A DNA stretch of 27,286 bases from Actinomycetota bacterium (GTDB lineage: Bacteria; Actinomycetota; Acidimicrobiia; Acidimicrobiales; JAFATL01), in the NCBI GenBank assembly GCA_019243975.1, contig JAFATL010000570.1, positions 1 to 27,286 of the forward strand. Direction: 5' to 3'. Shown here piece by piece: positions 8,346 to 17,537 of this stretch (position 1 is its first letter; each line of letters starts with the position of its first letter). The translations under genes were made by a program, and so were the position numbers. The notes below the pieces were generated by a model. The model saw only the letters and a program-made list of their open reading frames with translations. It made no database searches and was not told the origin of the DNA.

Positions 8346-8351
8346 TAGAAT
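8346..8351 (+). promoter_or_regulatory. Putative -10 box (TAGAAT) of the signalling operon
   Basis: Near-consensus hexamer 30 nt upstream of ATG 8382. Confidence 0.45.
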
Positions 8352-8381
8352 CAGGCGAAATCATCGAGTGTCGGGGCGGGG

Positions 8382-9572
8382 ATGCTGCAACAGGGGCCAG
8401 ATGGGGGGGAGCCGGTCAGCCTTCGTTCACTCGTGATCGTCGAGGACGACGCCGGCGACACCTTGCTCGTCGCCGAGATGCTGTCCGATGTCGATCCGGA
8501 CGTGCGCCTGACCTGCTTCACCACGCTCCAGGCGGCGCTCGACGACTGGCCGGCGGACGCCGACTGCGTCTTGCTCGACCTGGGCCTGCCCGACGCGGTC
8601 GGCCTCAGCGCCCTCGAGAAGCTGCGCGTGCAGGTGCCCGAGGTGCCCGTCGTCGTCCTCACGGGCCGGCTCGAGGATGGGATCGGACCCGAAGCGCTGG
8701 CGGCCGGGGCGCAGGACTTTCTCGTCAAAGGTCAGGTGGACGGGCCTGCGCTCGAGCGTTCCCTGCGATACGCCGTCGAGCGGGGCCGGGCGACCGCCTA
8801 CCAGCGCGACCTGGTCGCGGCTGAGCTGCGTTCGCAGGAGAACACCCGCCTCCAACGAGGGCTGCTGCCGAACCCGATCATCGGCACGGCAAAGTTGGGC
8901 CTCGCCCTCTTCTCCCGTCCCGGCAGCGAGCGCGCCCTGCTGGGCGGCGACTTCTACGACGTCGTCGAGACGCCGACGGGAATCCACCTCCTGATCGGCG
9001 ACGTGAGCGGGCACGGTCCCGACGAGGCGGCGTTGGGGGTCGCGCTGAGGATCGCCTGGCGCGCCCTCGTGCTGGCCGGACTCGATGCTGCTGCCGTACT
9101 GCGAGGCGTCGAGCAGGTGCTGCTGGCCGAGCGCAACGACGACGAGCGCTTCGCCACCGTCGCCATGGTGTCGCTCAGCCCCTCGCTCTCTCACGCCGAG
9201 GTCGTGCTCTGCGGCCACCCGCCGCCCATGCTCGTTCGCGGCGACGAGGTCAGCGAGCTCGAGGTCGACGCGCTCCCGATGCTCACCATGCTGCACGGTC
9301 GGTCCGTGGAGCCGGTGACGGTCGCCCTCGATGGTGCGTGGGGCCTGCTGCTGTTCACCGACGGTCTGATCGAGGGCGGCAGGACGCCGGGAACGACCGA
9401 GCGCTTCGGCGCCCAAGAACTGGCGCGCAATCTGGCCGCGCTGGTGGCGAAGGAAACGGCGCGGGCCGAGTTGGCTCCGATGCTGTTGGCCGAGGCGGAG
9501 CGCTGCCACGGCGGCCCGTTGAGCGACGACGTCGCCGTCTTGCTGGTCGGCAGCCTCGACTGGTGGCGGTAA
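8382..9572 (+). CDS. Receiver domain fused to a PP2C/SpoIIE (RsbU-like) phosphatase
   Basis: REC: IVEDD, LLDLGLPD, VVLTG, FLVKG. PP2C: GGDFYD, IGDVSGHG, LFTDGLIE, SDDVAVL. Confidence 0.92.
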   Translation: MLQQGPDGGEPVSLRSLVIVEDDAGDTLLVAEMLSDVDPDVRLTCFTTLQAALDDWPADADCVLLDLGLPDAVGLSALEKLRVQVPEVPVVVLTGRLEDGIGPEALAAGAQDFLVKGQVDGPALERSLRYAVERGRATAYQRDLVAAELRSQENTRLQRGLLPNPIIGTAKLGLALFSRPGSERALLGGDFYDVVETPTGIHLLIGDVSGHGPDEAALGVALRIAWRALVLAGLDAAAVLRGVEQVLLAERNDDERFATVAMVSLSPSLSHAEVVLCGHPPPMLVRGDEVSELEVDALPMLTMLHGRSVEPVTVALDGAWGLLLFTDGLIEGGRTPGTTERFGAQELARNLAALVAKETARAELAPMLLAEAERCHGGPLSDDVAVLLVGSLDWWR

Positions 9573-9574
9573 GG

Positions 9575-11113
9575 GTGCCCGCCAGCCGGGGATGGGGGCG
9601 CTGGACCTTGGCCCGACGTTTGCGGGCCGCACTCATTGCCCTGCTCGTGTTGCTTCTGCTGGCCGAGCTGGCGCTGGTCGTAGCGCTCCGCCAGGCCGAC
9701 CGAGCCCTGGCCAACGAAACTGGGCGCACGTTCCCGGCCCGCCTCGCCGCCGGCCAGCTCCTCACGTCGCTGGTCGACCAGCAGACGGGCTTGCGGGGCT
9801 ACGCCCTCACCGGCGACAACGCGTTCCTCGCGCCGTATCGCCAGGGCCTCATCGACGAGCAGAAGGCCCGGGCGCTGCTCGACCGTTACGTCCTGCCCAG
9901 CGATCGCGCCCGCCTCGCTCTTCTCACTGTCGACGCCGCCATCACCGCGTGGCGCGATCAGTACGCCTCGCTCCACACCGGGGCGCCACACGGCGCCTCC
10001 GACAACTCGATCCAGTTCGGGAGTGCGCTGTTCGACCGGGTGCGGGAGACCCACCGGGCCCTGGATGCGCAGCTCGCCAGCCAGGTGCGCACGGCCCAGC
10101 GTCAGGCCGATCGCGACCGGCGCCTCGTGACGGTGGTCCTGGGCCTGATAACCGTTGCTGTGGTGGTGGCCGTCGTCGGCCTCCAGCGCGCCTTGCAGAC
10201 CGCGGTGCTCCGGCCGATGCGCCACCTGGGTGAACAGGTCGCCGTGGTCTCGGGTGGCAACCACGCCACGTCGATCCGTCCCGAGGGACCTCCCGACATC
10301 CGGGAAATGGGTGCCGGGGTCGAGTCGATGCGCCTCGAACTCGTGAGTGTGCTCGCCGAACTCGAAGAGCAGCAGCGTGGCCTCGAGCGCCGGGCGGCCG
10401 AGCTGGCCCGCTCCAATGCCGACCTGGAGCAGTTCGCGTACGTCGCGTCGCATGATCTCCAGGAGCCGCTGCGCAAGGTGGCGAGCTTCTGCCAACTGCT
10501 CGAGCAGCGCTACGGCGGTCAGCTCGACGAGCGTGCCGACCAGTACATCGCCTTCGCCGTCGACGGGGCCAAGCGCATGCAGCTGCTCATCAACGACCTG
10601 CTCACCTTCAGCCGGGTGGGCCGCACGAGCGAAAGGTTCGCCCCTGTCGATCTCGAGGCCGCCGTCGCCAAGGCCTGGGACAGCTTGGAGACCCAGGTCC
10701 GGCAATCAGGCGCCCGGCTCGACCTGCAGATCGACGGCCGGTCGCAGCACGTCCTGGGGGATGCGTCGCTTCTGCAGATGCTGCTCGTCAATCTGCTCGG
10801 CAACGCTCTCAAGTACCGCCGCCAGGACGTGAACCCCGTGGTGCAGGTGAGCACCACGACCGACGGGCCGCTGGTTCGCATCGGTGTCGCCGACAACGGC
10901 ATCGGCATTCCCGACGAGTACGCAGAGAAGGTGTTCGTGATCTTTCAGCGTTTGCATGCACGCGAGGACTACGAGGGCACCGGCATCGGCTTGGCCCTGG
11001 CCAAGAAGATCGTCGAGTTCCACGGCGGCACAATTGCGCTGCTGCCGTCGCCGCTCGGTGGTGCATGCGTGTCGTTCACCCTTCCTTTGGCGGAGGCTCC
11101 CGCGCATGTCTGA
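9575..11113 (+). CDS. Membrane sensor histidine kinase (TM-CHASE3-TM-HAMP-HisKA-HATPase)
   Basis: Two hydrophobic helices. CHASE3-like [24 protein letters not shown]-box [17 protein letters not shown]-box [22 protein letters not shown]. Start is GTG 9575 or 9563. Confidence 0.92.
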   Translation: MPASRGWGRWTLARRLRAALIALLVLLLLAELALVVALRQADRALANETGRTFPARLAAGQLLTSLVDQQTGLRGYALTGDNAFLAPYRQGLIDEQKARALLDRYVLPSDRARLALLTVDAAITAWRDQYASLHTGAPHGASDNSIQFGSALFDRVRETHRALDAQLASQVRTAQRQADRDRRLVTVVLGLITVAVVVAVVGLQRALQTAVLRPMRHLGEQVAVVSGGNHATSIRPEGPPDIREMGAGVESMRLELVSVLAELEEQQRGLERRAAELARSNADLEQFAYVASHDLQEPLRKVASFCQLLEQRYGGQLDERADQYIAFAVDGAKRMQLLINDLLTFSRVGRTSERFAPVDLEAAVAKAWDSLETQVRQSGARLDLQIDGRSQHVLGDASLLQMLLVNLLGNALKYRRQDVNPVVQVSTTTDGPLVRIGVADNGIGIPDEYAEKVFVIFQRLHAREDYEGTGIGLALAKKIVEFHGGTIALLPSPLGGACVSFTLPLAEAPAHV

Positions 11114-11552
11114 ACTGTTCGCGTCCCAGCCCATCGAGGTTCTCCTCGTCGAGGACGACCCCGGTGACGTCCTCATGACCCAAGAGGCGCTCGCCGACTA
11201 CAAGATCGCCAACCGGGTGACCGTGGTGACCAATGGCGAGGACGCGATCGCCTACATGCGCAAGGAGGGCCGATACGCCGACGTCACCACCCCCGACCTG
11301 GTGCTGCTCGACCTCAACCTGCCTCGGCGCGACGGGCGCGAGGTCTTGCGCGACATCAAGGGCGACCCCGACCTGCGTCGCGTGCCGGTGGTCGTACTGA
11401 CGACCTCGGAAGCCGAGGAGGACGTGCTCGCGTCCTACAACCTCCACGCCAACGCCTATGTCCGGAAGCCGGTCGACTTCGAGCAGTTCGTCGCAGCCGT
11501 CCGCGCCATCGACGACTTCTTCATCACCGTCGTCCGACTGCCGTCCCGCTAG
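11106..11552 (+). CDS. Single-domain response regulator (Rcp1-like)
   Basis: [59 protein letters not shown] overlaps the end of the kinase gene. Confidence 0.93.
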   Translation: MSELFASQPIEVLLVEDDPGDVLMTQEALADYKIANRVTVVTNGEDAIAYMRKEGRYADVTTPDLVLLDLNLPRRDGREVLRDIKGDPDLRRVPVVVLTTSEAEEDVLASYNLHANAYVRKPVDFEQFVAAVRAIDDFFITVVRLPSR

Positions 11553-11562
11553 GGTCGAGACG

Positions 11563-12720
11563 TTGTCCGGAATTTCCCGACGAGACGTTCTGAAGCTCGG
11601 TGCCGTCGGCGCTGCAAGTCTGCTGTCGCTCGACCTCCTCAGCGCCTGTAGCGGGAAGAGCGGCAAGCAGACGGCGCTCGACCCCAACTCGCTGAAGCGA
11701 TTCCAGTCGGGCGGATCCAAGGGCAGCCCCACGGGTCTGCCGTCGAGGGTCGCCTGGGCTTCCACCGCCGACTCCGAGTTCTTTCTCGCCCTCGGACGCG
11801 GGATGCAGGACGCGGCCACGCGTCGGGGCCTCGAGTTCGTCACCGCCACGTCCGGGAACGACCCCGGCAAGCACGTCGACCAGATGAACGGGTTTCTCCA
11901 ACGAGGCGTCGGAGCCCTGGCCATGCAGCCCCTCAATCCGGACGCCGACAGCCTGGTGTTGCAGCGGGCGATCGACAAGGGCGTCTGCACGCAGGGCATC
12001 ATCACCGCGCCCAGCACCATGCAGGTCGTTGCCAACCAGTATCAGATCGGCTTCGACCAGGGGAAGGCCGCCGCCGACTACGTCACGGCCCACCTGGGTG
12101 GCAACGCCCAAGCGCTCTACTTCAACCTCGACACCGCATCGCCGCAGCTCAAGATCCGCCACCGCGGCGTGCTCGACGGGCTCAAGACGGGTGGTGGGGG
12201 CATCCAGGTCGTGGGCGACCTGACCGTCGCCGACATCAGCACGGCCTCGGGCTTCAACACGATGATGAGCGCGCTGCAGACACACGGCGACATCAAGGTC
12301 GTGCTGGGCGGCGACACCATCGTCGTGGGTGCTTTCAAGGCGCTGCAGCAGAGCGGGAAGCTCCGCGACGACATGTTCCTGTCGGGCGTCGACGGCGACA
12401 AGGAGGCGCTCGACCTGGTCAAGGCGGGCGGCGCGTACAAGCTGAGCATCGCCTTCGCCTGGTCGCTCATGGGTTACGGACTCGGAGAGTTCGGCGCCGA
12501 CTGGATCGACGGGAAGGAAGTGCCGCGCGTCATCGTCGCCAAGGGGGTCAAGCTCGACTCGGACGCGGCGGTGACCCGGTTCACGGCCGCCAGCGCCGAT
12601 CCCTCCAGCGTGTTCGCCGATCGAAAGCGCTACGAGGAGTACCTGCCCCTCTACGGCACCGTGAGCCACGCCACCCGGCACACCTACTGGACCTCGCCGG
12701 TCGACCCGCCCGCCACCTAG
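11563..12720 (+). CDS. Tat-exported lipoprotein, RbsB-like (type I) sugar-binding protein
   Basis: SRRDVLK twin-arginine motif and LSAC lipobox. QMNGFLQRGVGALAMQP, LSGVDGDKEAL. Probable TTG start at 11563, 7 nt after TAGGGT. Confidence 0.82.
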   Translation: MSGISRRDVLKLGAVGAASLLSLDLLSACSGKSGKQTALDPNSLKRFQSGGSKGSPTGLPSRVAWASTADSEFFLALGRGMQDAATRRGLEFVTATSGNDPGKHVDQMNGFLQRGVGALAMQPLNPDADSLVLQRAIDKGVCTQGIITAPSTMQVVANQYQIGFDQGKAAADYVTAHLGGNAQALYFNLDTASPQLKIRHRGVLDGLKTGGGGIQVVGDLTVADISTASGFNTMMSALQTHGDIKVVLGGDTIVVGAFKALQQSGKLRDDMFLSGVDGDKEALDLVKAGGAYKLSIAFAWSLMGYGLGEFGADWIDGKEVPRVIVAKGVKLDSDAAVTRFTAASADPSSVFADRKRYEEYLPLYGTVSHATRHTYWTSPVDPPAT

Positions 12721-12756
12721 TCGGGCGACACCGAGCACGCGGGGTAGGACCCGCGC

Positions 12757-13443
12757 ATGAAGTACGCCACCAAGACGTATGGGCCGCGTCGACAGGCCAG
12801 CCTCAACGCCTGCCGCAAGAAGTTCCTCTATTTCTTCCCCGATGGCTTCCGCGACCAGAACTACCTGGCCTGGGAGAGGGACTACAAGTGGGAGGCCCAT
12901 CGGCGCTGGACCGCCGAACTCGGCCCCGACCAGCTGCGTGCGCTGCTCGATCGAGGTGACTTCGCCGCCGCCGCCAAGGCCGCGGTGCGCATCGAGTCCC
13001 GCACCAACCTCCTCTTCTCCTTCGAGAAGATGGCGTTGCGCGACGCGGTTGCATCCGCCGAGGGGGCGCGGTTGTTCGCCGTCGGCCTCTACGAGTGGCT
13101 GTACGGCTCCGGCTCCGAGGCATCCAGGTTCGACACGTGGTGCGCGACAGTGGCATCCCTCCCCCGGCGTCAGACGCGGGTGCTCACCTGGCCCGCCGCG
13201 ACGGTCTTCGGGTTCATCGCCCGCCCGAAGGTGCACTTCTTCGTCAAGCCGATGGTGACGAAGGCGGCCACGGCTGCCTGCGACCTCGAGTTCCGCTATC
13301 GGTCGAAGCCGGATTCGGAGACCTACGCCGATGTCCTGGCCATGGCACGTGCCGTCCGGGCCGAACTGGCGGACATGAGCCCTCGCGACATGATCGACAT
13401 TCAGTCATTCCTCTGGGTCCAGGGCTCCGACGAATACGAGTGA
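12757..13443 (+). CDS. Hypothetical protein (228 aa)
   Basis: Protein-like composition (WERDYKW, NLLFSFEKMALRD, PRDMIDIQSFLW). Fills the gap between two genes. No family I can name with confidence. Confidence 0.8.
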   Translation: MKYATKTYGPRRQASLNACRKKFLYFFPDGFRDQNYLAWERDYKWEAHRRWTAELGPDQLRALLDRGDFAAAAKAAVRIESRTNLLFSFEKMALRDAVASAEGARLFAVGLYEWLYGSGSEASRFDTWCATVASLPRRQTRVLTWPAATVFGFIARPKVHFFVKPMVTKAATAACDLEFRYRSKPDSETYADVLAMARAVRAELADMSPRDMIDIQSFLWVQGSDEYE

Positions 13444-13448
13444 CGTGC

Positions 13449-13868
13449 TTAGCGCTGGCCTGACGGCACCACCGCCGGCTGCGCCAACGCGGCGATGGTG
13501 ACGCCCTGCAGGACGGTGCCGATGGCTTGGCCGACCGACTGCCATACCTCATCGAGTAGCGCCGCGCCGCCGAGGCTGCGCGGCGCGATCGGTGGGTCCC
13601 GCGCCTCGAGGGGGCCGTCTATGGCCGTGACCACGTCTGCGAGCGTGATCGAGGTCGCGGGGACGGCAAGGCGCCAACCGCCGCCGGGGGAGCCTCGCTG
13701 CGACCGAAGCAGGCCGCTGCGGCGGAGGTCGTTGAGAATGCGGCCCAGGAAGGCCTTCGGCAGTGATTGGGCTGCGGCGATCTGATCGCACGTGCGGCCT
13801 TCACCGTTGGCGCCCGCAAGCTCGACCATGGCTCGGATGGCGTACTCACTCTTGGCGGAGATCAACAT
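13449..13868 (-). CDS. Rrf2-family transcriptional regulator without Fe-S cysteine ligands
   Basis: MLISAKSEYAIRAMVEL..RSQRGSPGGGWRLA..ITLADVVTAIDGPL. Only one Cys, located in the HTH region. Confidence 0.9.
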   Translation of the reverse strand: MLISAKSEYAIRAMVELAGANGEGRTCDQIAAAQSLPKAFLGRILNDLRRSGLLRSQRGSPGGGWRLAVPATSITLADVVTAIDGPLEARDPPIAPRSLGGAALLDEVWQSVGQAIGTVLQGVTIAALAQPAVVPSGQR

Positions 13869-13878
13869 CGACGGCCCA

Positions 13879-14796
13879 TCACACGAGGTTCGGCACCAGC
13901 CGCGCCGCCACCTCGGTGGCGCCCCACAGACAGGCGACCACGACCGGCACGCTGGCCAGCAACGTAGGACGACTCCCCCACCGCCCGTACGCCCACGCGG
14001 CCGCTGCAAGCGTCACCACAAGGGCGGCCAGCCAGAGCGCGAGGGGCACGGCCGCGCGCGGATCGCCGCGCATCGCCGCTTCGACCGAAGGCAAGCGCCG
14101 TACTGGCGCCGCGCCCGTTCGTGGTTGGGCGGGTCCCGCCAGCAGCGCGTCGACGAACACGGTGTGGCGTTCCCATCCGCCGGTGAGGTTGTCGCTTCCC
14201 TCCGAGGTGACGAGCGTGAGGCGAGCCCCGCCGACAGGGAGCGGCGTCGGAAGATCGTCGCCGTCGCGGCGGACCCGTTCCACCCGGTACCGGAACGTGC
14301 CCTGGCCGGTGACCGCGTCGATGATGGCGCCCCTGTGCAGGTGTGCCACCGACGCGAAGGGCGCGCCGAAGGCGACGCTTCGGCCCATCAGGACCGACAC
14401 CCCCGGCTGCCCCGGCAACGCCGTGTCGCGGCGATGTCCGGGGCCGGCCGTGAGGACACCCGACGACGTGCCCTCCACCACGACCTCGTCGCCGATGCCA
14501 ATGCTCGGTACGCGCAAGAACGCAACCGGCGCGCCGACTCGAATGTGGCCGCCGATGGGCGACGTCTGGCGCGCCAGTTGCTCACGCAGCGTCGAGTGCA
14601 GCTCGTGCTGGCTCCGCCCTTCCTGGATCCGACCAAGCAAGCGGCCGTAGGCGAAGCCCCACAACGCCAGGCCGCTCACCGTCGCCAGCAGACAGGCGGC
14701 CACCGCGGCCGGGCGAGGCAGCGCCACGTTGCGGCGCTGCAGCCAGACCGCGTCGGTAGAGGAGCCAGCCGCGCTCGCGACGGGGATCGACGTCAC
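13879..14796 (-). CDS. Sortase-fold membrane protein with substituted catalytic residues (pseudo-sortase)
   Basis: LRVPSIGIGDEVVVEGTS..GPGHRRDTALPGQPGVSVLMGRS..FGAPF..GTFRYRV..LTLVTS. One N-terminal and two C-terminal hydrophobic helices. GTGA overlap with the upstream gene. Confidence 0.85.
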   Translation of the reverse strand: MTSIPVASAAGSSTDAVWLQRRNVALPRPAAVAACLLATVSGLALWGFAYGRLLGRIQEGRSQHELHSTLREQLARQTSPIGGHIRVGAPVAFLRVPSIGIGDEVVVEGTSSGVLTAGPGHRRDTALPGQPGVSVLMGRSVAFGAPFASVAHLHRGAIIDAVTGQGTFRYRVERVRRDGDDLPTPLPVGGARLTLVTSEGSDNLTGGWERHTVFVDALLAGPAQPRTGAAPVRRLPSVEAAMRGDPRAAVPLALWLAALVVTLAAAAWAYGRWGSRPTLLASVPVVVACLWGATEVAARLVPNLV

Positions 14797-17537
14797 CGCG
14801 CCGCCTGCAGCCGGCCCAGGACGTACACCACCAGTGACGCGATCCCGCTGCCGACTCCGAGCAGCAGCAGCGCGGGCAAGACGAACCCCGCCACGTGGGA
14901 GAGGACGCCGAGCGTCTTGCCGATGACGGCGCCGATCACTCCGGGGTGTTGCCCGGGAGCCGCCGGCGGCGGCAACTCGATGGCGCTGGTGAGCGGAGCC
15001 GTGCCCAACTGGTGGATCGCGGCCAGCGGCGACGCGGGCAAACCGGTGGACACGGCATCGTCGGCTCCGGACGTTCCGGCTCCCGCAGAAGACCCATCCG
15101 ATCCGGCTCCGGCCAGCGCGGTCAGCACCGGGACATCCCCGCTCTGCGTGTCGACCGCGTCGGCCGCCGCGAGGGTGTACTTCGACAAGGCGCCCAGGTC
15201 GTTGCCGGCGGTCATCGGAAGATAACCGTCGGGCAAGGTGCCCACCACGGAACCAGGCGTTTGCCCGTCGCCCACAACGAACCGCAGGAGTTGCGCGTAG
15301 GCGTGTGCGTCCTCAGCCGGTAGGCCCGTCGTCGGTACCTGCGCGTAGACGACCATCGTTCCCGGATAGGCGGCCGCTCCCCCAGGAGCGGTACGCAACG
15401 CGTCGTAGGGGATCGGCCACGTCTGGTTCACCGGGTCGTTGGTGAGCAACGCGGCAGCCGCGTGCAGTGAGTCGTTCGTCGGGGCCACGAACGAGCGGCC
15501 GTCCGCCGACGTGAACGCCGTGGGCGCCGACGACGCGACCTGGGTCTGCAGCGACGCCACATCGAGCCCGTAGCGACGGGCGTCGGCCAGGGCGGTCACG
15601 CCCAGCATGAAGCGGAAGCCCGGCGTCTGCCTACCCACGGCCACCAGCTTCTCGCCGTCGCTCGTTCCCTCGGCCACCTGCTGACAGACCGTCTGTGAGT
15701 TGGCCAGGGCGAACTCGACGTCGAGGGCGATCGGCGCCAGGTGAGGCAGGGGCGCAGCCACGAGGGGCAGGAATGGAACGGGGTTGTGGAAGAGGCAGTC
15801 GTTCGTGTCGGACGCGTAGAGCTTGGGCGGTTGGAAGGAGTCGAGCAGGGGCCACGAGTCCTTCGGGAGGGCGATGCCGCGGTAGTTGGGGTTGACGACC
15901 ATGCCCCAGGGGTCGGCCGACCCATCCAGCCACGCCCGGGCTTCGGGGTCGGCGTTGATGTACGCGGTGAGCGCGTTCATGACGTCGGAGTCACTGGAGA
16001 GCGCCAGCAGGGTCGACGCGCTCTGCGACGCCGGTACCCCGTGAGCGATACCGGGATTGAGCGCCTGGAACTCGGGGTCCTGCGATATGTCGAGCGGGTT
16101 GTGACTGAGGGCGGCGTACTCCTGCTTGATGCCGTTGATGGCCGGATACGACTGGGTCAGCAGCTTGGCCAACAGACGTGGCGTGAGCTTGAGCGATGCC
16201 ACCCGATGCCCGGTGGCGTCGTCGACCGAGAAGGCGATGGCGAAGCCGGTGACCCCGACCGGGGCGCTCACCACTGGCTTGGAGAAGCCTCCGTCGGGAA
16301 CGTCGCTGGACAGCGCCGCTTCGATGCCCCCCGACTCGAGCAGGTTGCGCGCCTCGGGCTCGCCTGTCTGCACGTGCTTGACCGTGAACAGCTTCGGGTC
16401 GAGACAGAAGTGCGGAAGCCATTGGGTGGCGGCCTGCGTCATCAGCTCCGAGCCGTACAAGTCGACACCTGCCTTGGCACCGACGACGTCGCACGCGTTC
16501 GACGCCGGCGCGAATTGCAACGGCACGGTGATCCGGTTCCGCCAGTTCGAGCTCGACCACCACAGGGCTCCGCTCACGGCGAGGTCTTCACGCCCGGCCG
16601 GCACCACGACCTGCCCGGGCTTGAACTGGCCCGTGGCCTGGCACAGGTTGGCGGCGGTGGTCGCAGGGTCGCCCGGCGCCGGGCGATCTGCCGGCGGCAG
16701 GTCTGCGGCCGCGACGTCGCAGCTGATGCCCATCACCGGCACGATGACGAGTGAGCACGCCACCTGTTGGGAGCAACCGAGCGACGCATTGTTCTCCGCA
16801 GTCCACACGTCGAACTTGGCGCTCCCCGTACCGTCCGCATTGGTTACGCCATAGGTCGTGTTGCTCGGAAGCGAGAGACCGCCGACGTTGGCCGACTCCG
16901 GTGCCATCCCCGCACACCCGCCCGATCCGCCCGGGTACGTCTTGCCGGCCGGCGTGCGGAACGGCACCCAGTGCTCGACGGGCGCAGGCGTGAAGCACGC
17001 CTGCGGCCGGGTGTCGGGCGCGCCCACCAGTGCGGTGCGTTGCCCGGCCGGCGCGTAGCGGTCGACGCGGAAAGGCGGGAAGGCAGTGTTGAACGAGTCC
17101 TGATAGCGCTCCCGAGCGGCGGCCGTCCAGCACGTCGTCGGGTCGAGCCGCTGGTTGGACGGTGCATCGGCGCTGTCGGTGCCCCAGCACTCGAGGAGCA
17201 CGACCGGATACTCCTCTTCACTGGCTGCGGCGGAGTTCTGATCAGCCACCAAGCCGCCCGTGGGATGAGCACCGGACCACGACACGTCGATCTGCTGGAA
17301 GTTGCGCAGGTCCTTGGTCTGACTGACAGCCACCGAAACGTTGCGCGTGTCGACGGTCTGATCACCGCCGTTGACGAGGTGGATCCGGGTCGCGGTCACG
17401 TGACCCGTGAACGCGGAGCCGCTGTCGTCGGCGTTGGACGGGTAGCCCGACCAGGCGACGGCCGACAACGCCAGGCCCAACCCGACGAGCACGGGAACGA
17501 TGCGCTGGGCTCGGCCGCGGGGCAGCACGTGGCTCAT
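14793..17537 (-). CDS. 914-aa exported Cys-rich protein with a degenerate PstS-like binding-protein region and a C-terminal membrane anchor
   Basis: Signal peptide (LVGLGLALSAVAWS..SNA). DLYGSELMTQAATQW and AAYPGTMVVYA resemble PstS-fold segments. 12 Cys. C-terminal TM FVLPALLLLGVGSGIASLVVYVL. Confidence 0.75.
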   Translation of the reverse strand: MSHVLPRGRAQRIVPVLVGLGLALSAVAWSGYPSNADDSGSAFTGHVTATRIHLVNGGDQTVDTRNVSVAVSQTKDLRNFQQIDVSWSGAHPTGGLVADQNSAAASEEEYPVVLLECWGTDSADAPSNQRLDPTTCWTAAARERYQDSFNTAFPPFRVDRYAPAGQRTALVGAPDTRPQACFTPAPVEHWVPFRTPAGKTYPGGSGGCAGMAPESANVGGLSLPSNTTYGVTNADGTGSAKFDVWTAENNASLGCSQQVACSLVIVPVMGISCDVAAADLPPADRPAPGDPATTAANLCQATGQFKPGQVVVPAGREDLAVSGALWWSSSNWRNRITVPLQFAPASNACDVVGAKAGVDLYGSELMTQAATQWLPHFCLDPKLFTVKHVQTGEPEARNLLESGGIEAALSSDVPDGGFSKPVVSAPVGVTGFAIAFSVDDATGHRVASLKLTPRLLAKLLTQSYPAINGIKQEYAALSHNPLDISQDPEFQALNPGIAHGVPASQSASTLLALSSDSDVMNALTAYINADPEARAWLDGSADPWGMVVNPNYRGIALPKDSWPLLDSFQPPKLYASDTNDCLFHNPVPFLPLVAAPLPHLAPIALDVEFALANSQTVCQQVAEGTSDGEKLVAVGRQTPGFRFMLGVTALADARRYGLDVASLQTQVASSAPTAFTSADGRSFVAPTNDSLHAAAALLTNDPVNQTWPIPYDALRTAPGGAAAYPGTMVVYAQVPTTGLPAEDAHAYAQLLRFVVGDGQTPGSVVGTLPDGYLPMTAGNDLGALSKYTLAAADAVDTQSGDVPVLTALAGAGSDGSSAGAGTSGADDAVSTGLPASPLAAIHQLGTAPLTSAIELPPPAAPGQHPGVIGAVIGKTLGVLSHVAGFVLPALLLLGVGSGIASLVVYVLGRLQAAR

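Noticed and set aside
12738-12755. 6-bp GC hairpin just before ATG 12757
   Set aside because: Too short to be significant in high-GC DNA.
13879-14796. Calling the sortase-like gene a pseudogene, or the operon a classical sortase-dependent pilus locus
   Set aside because: The ORF is intact and translationally coupled. I see no pilin YPKN or E-box motifs, and only one LPXTG protein.
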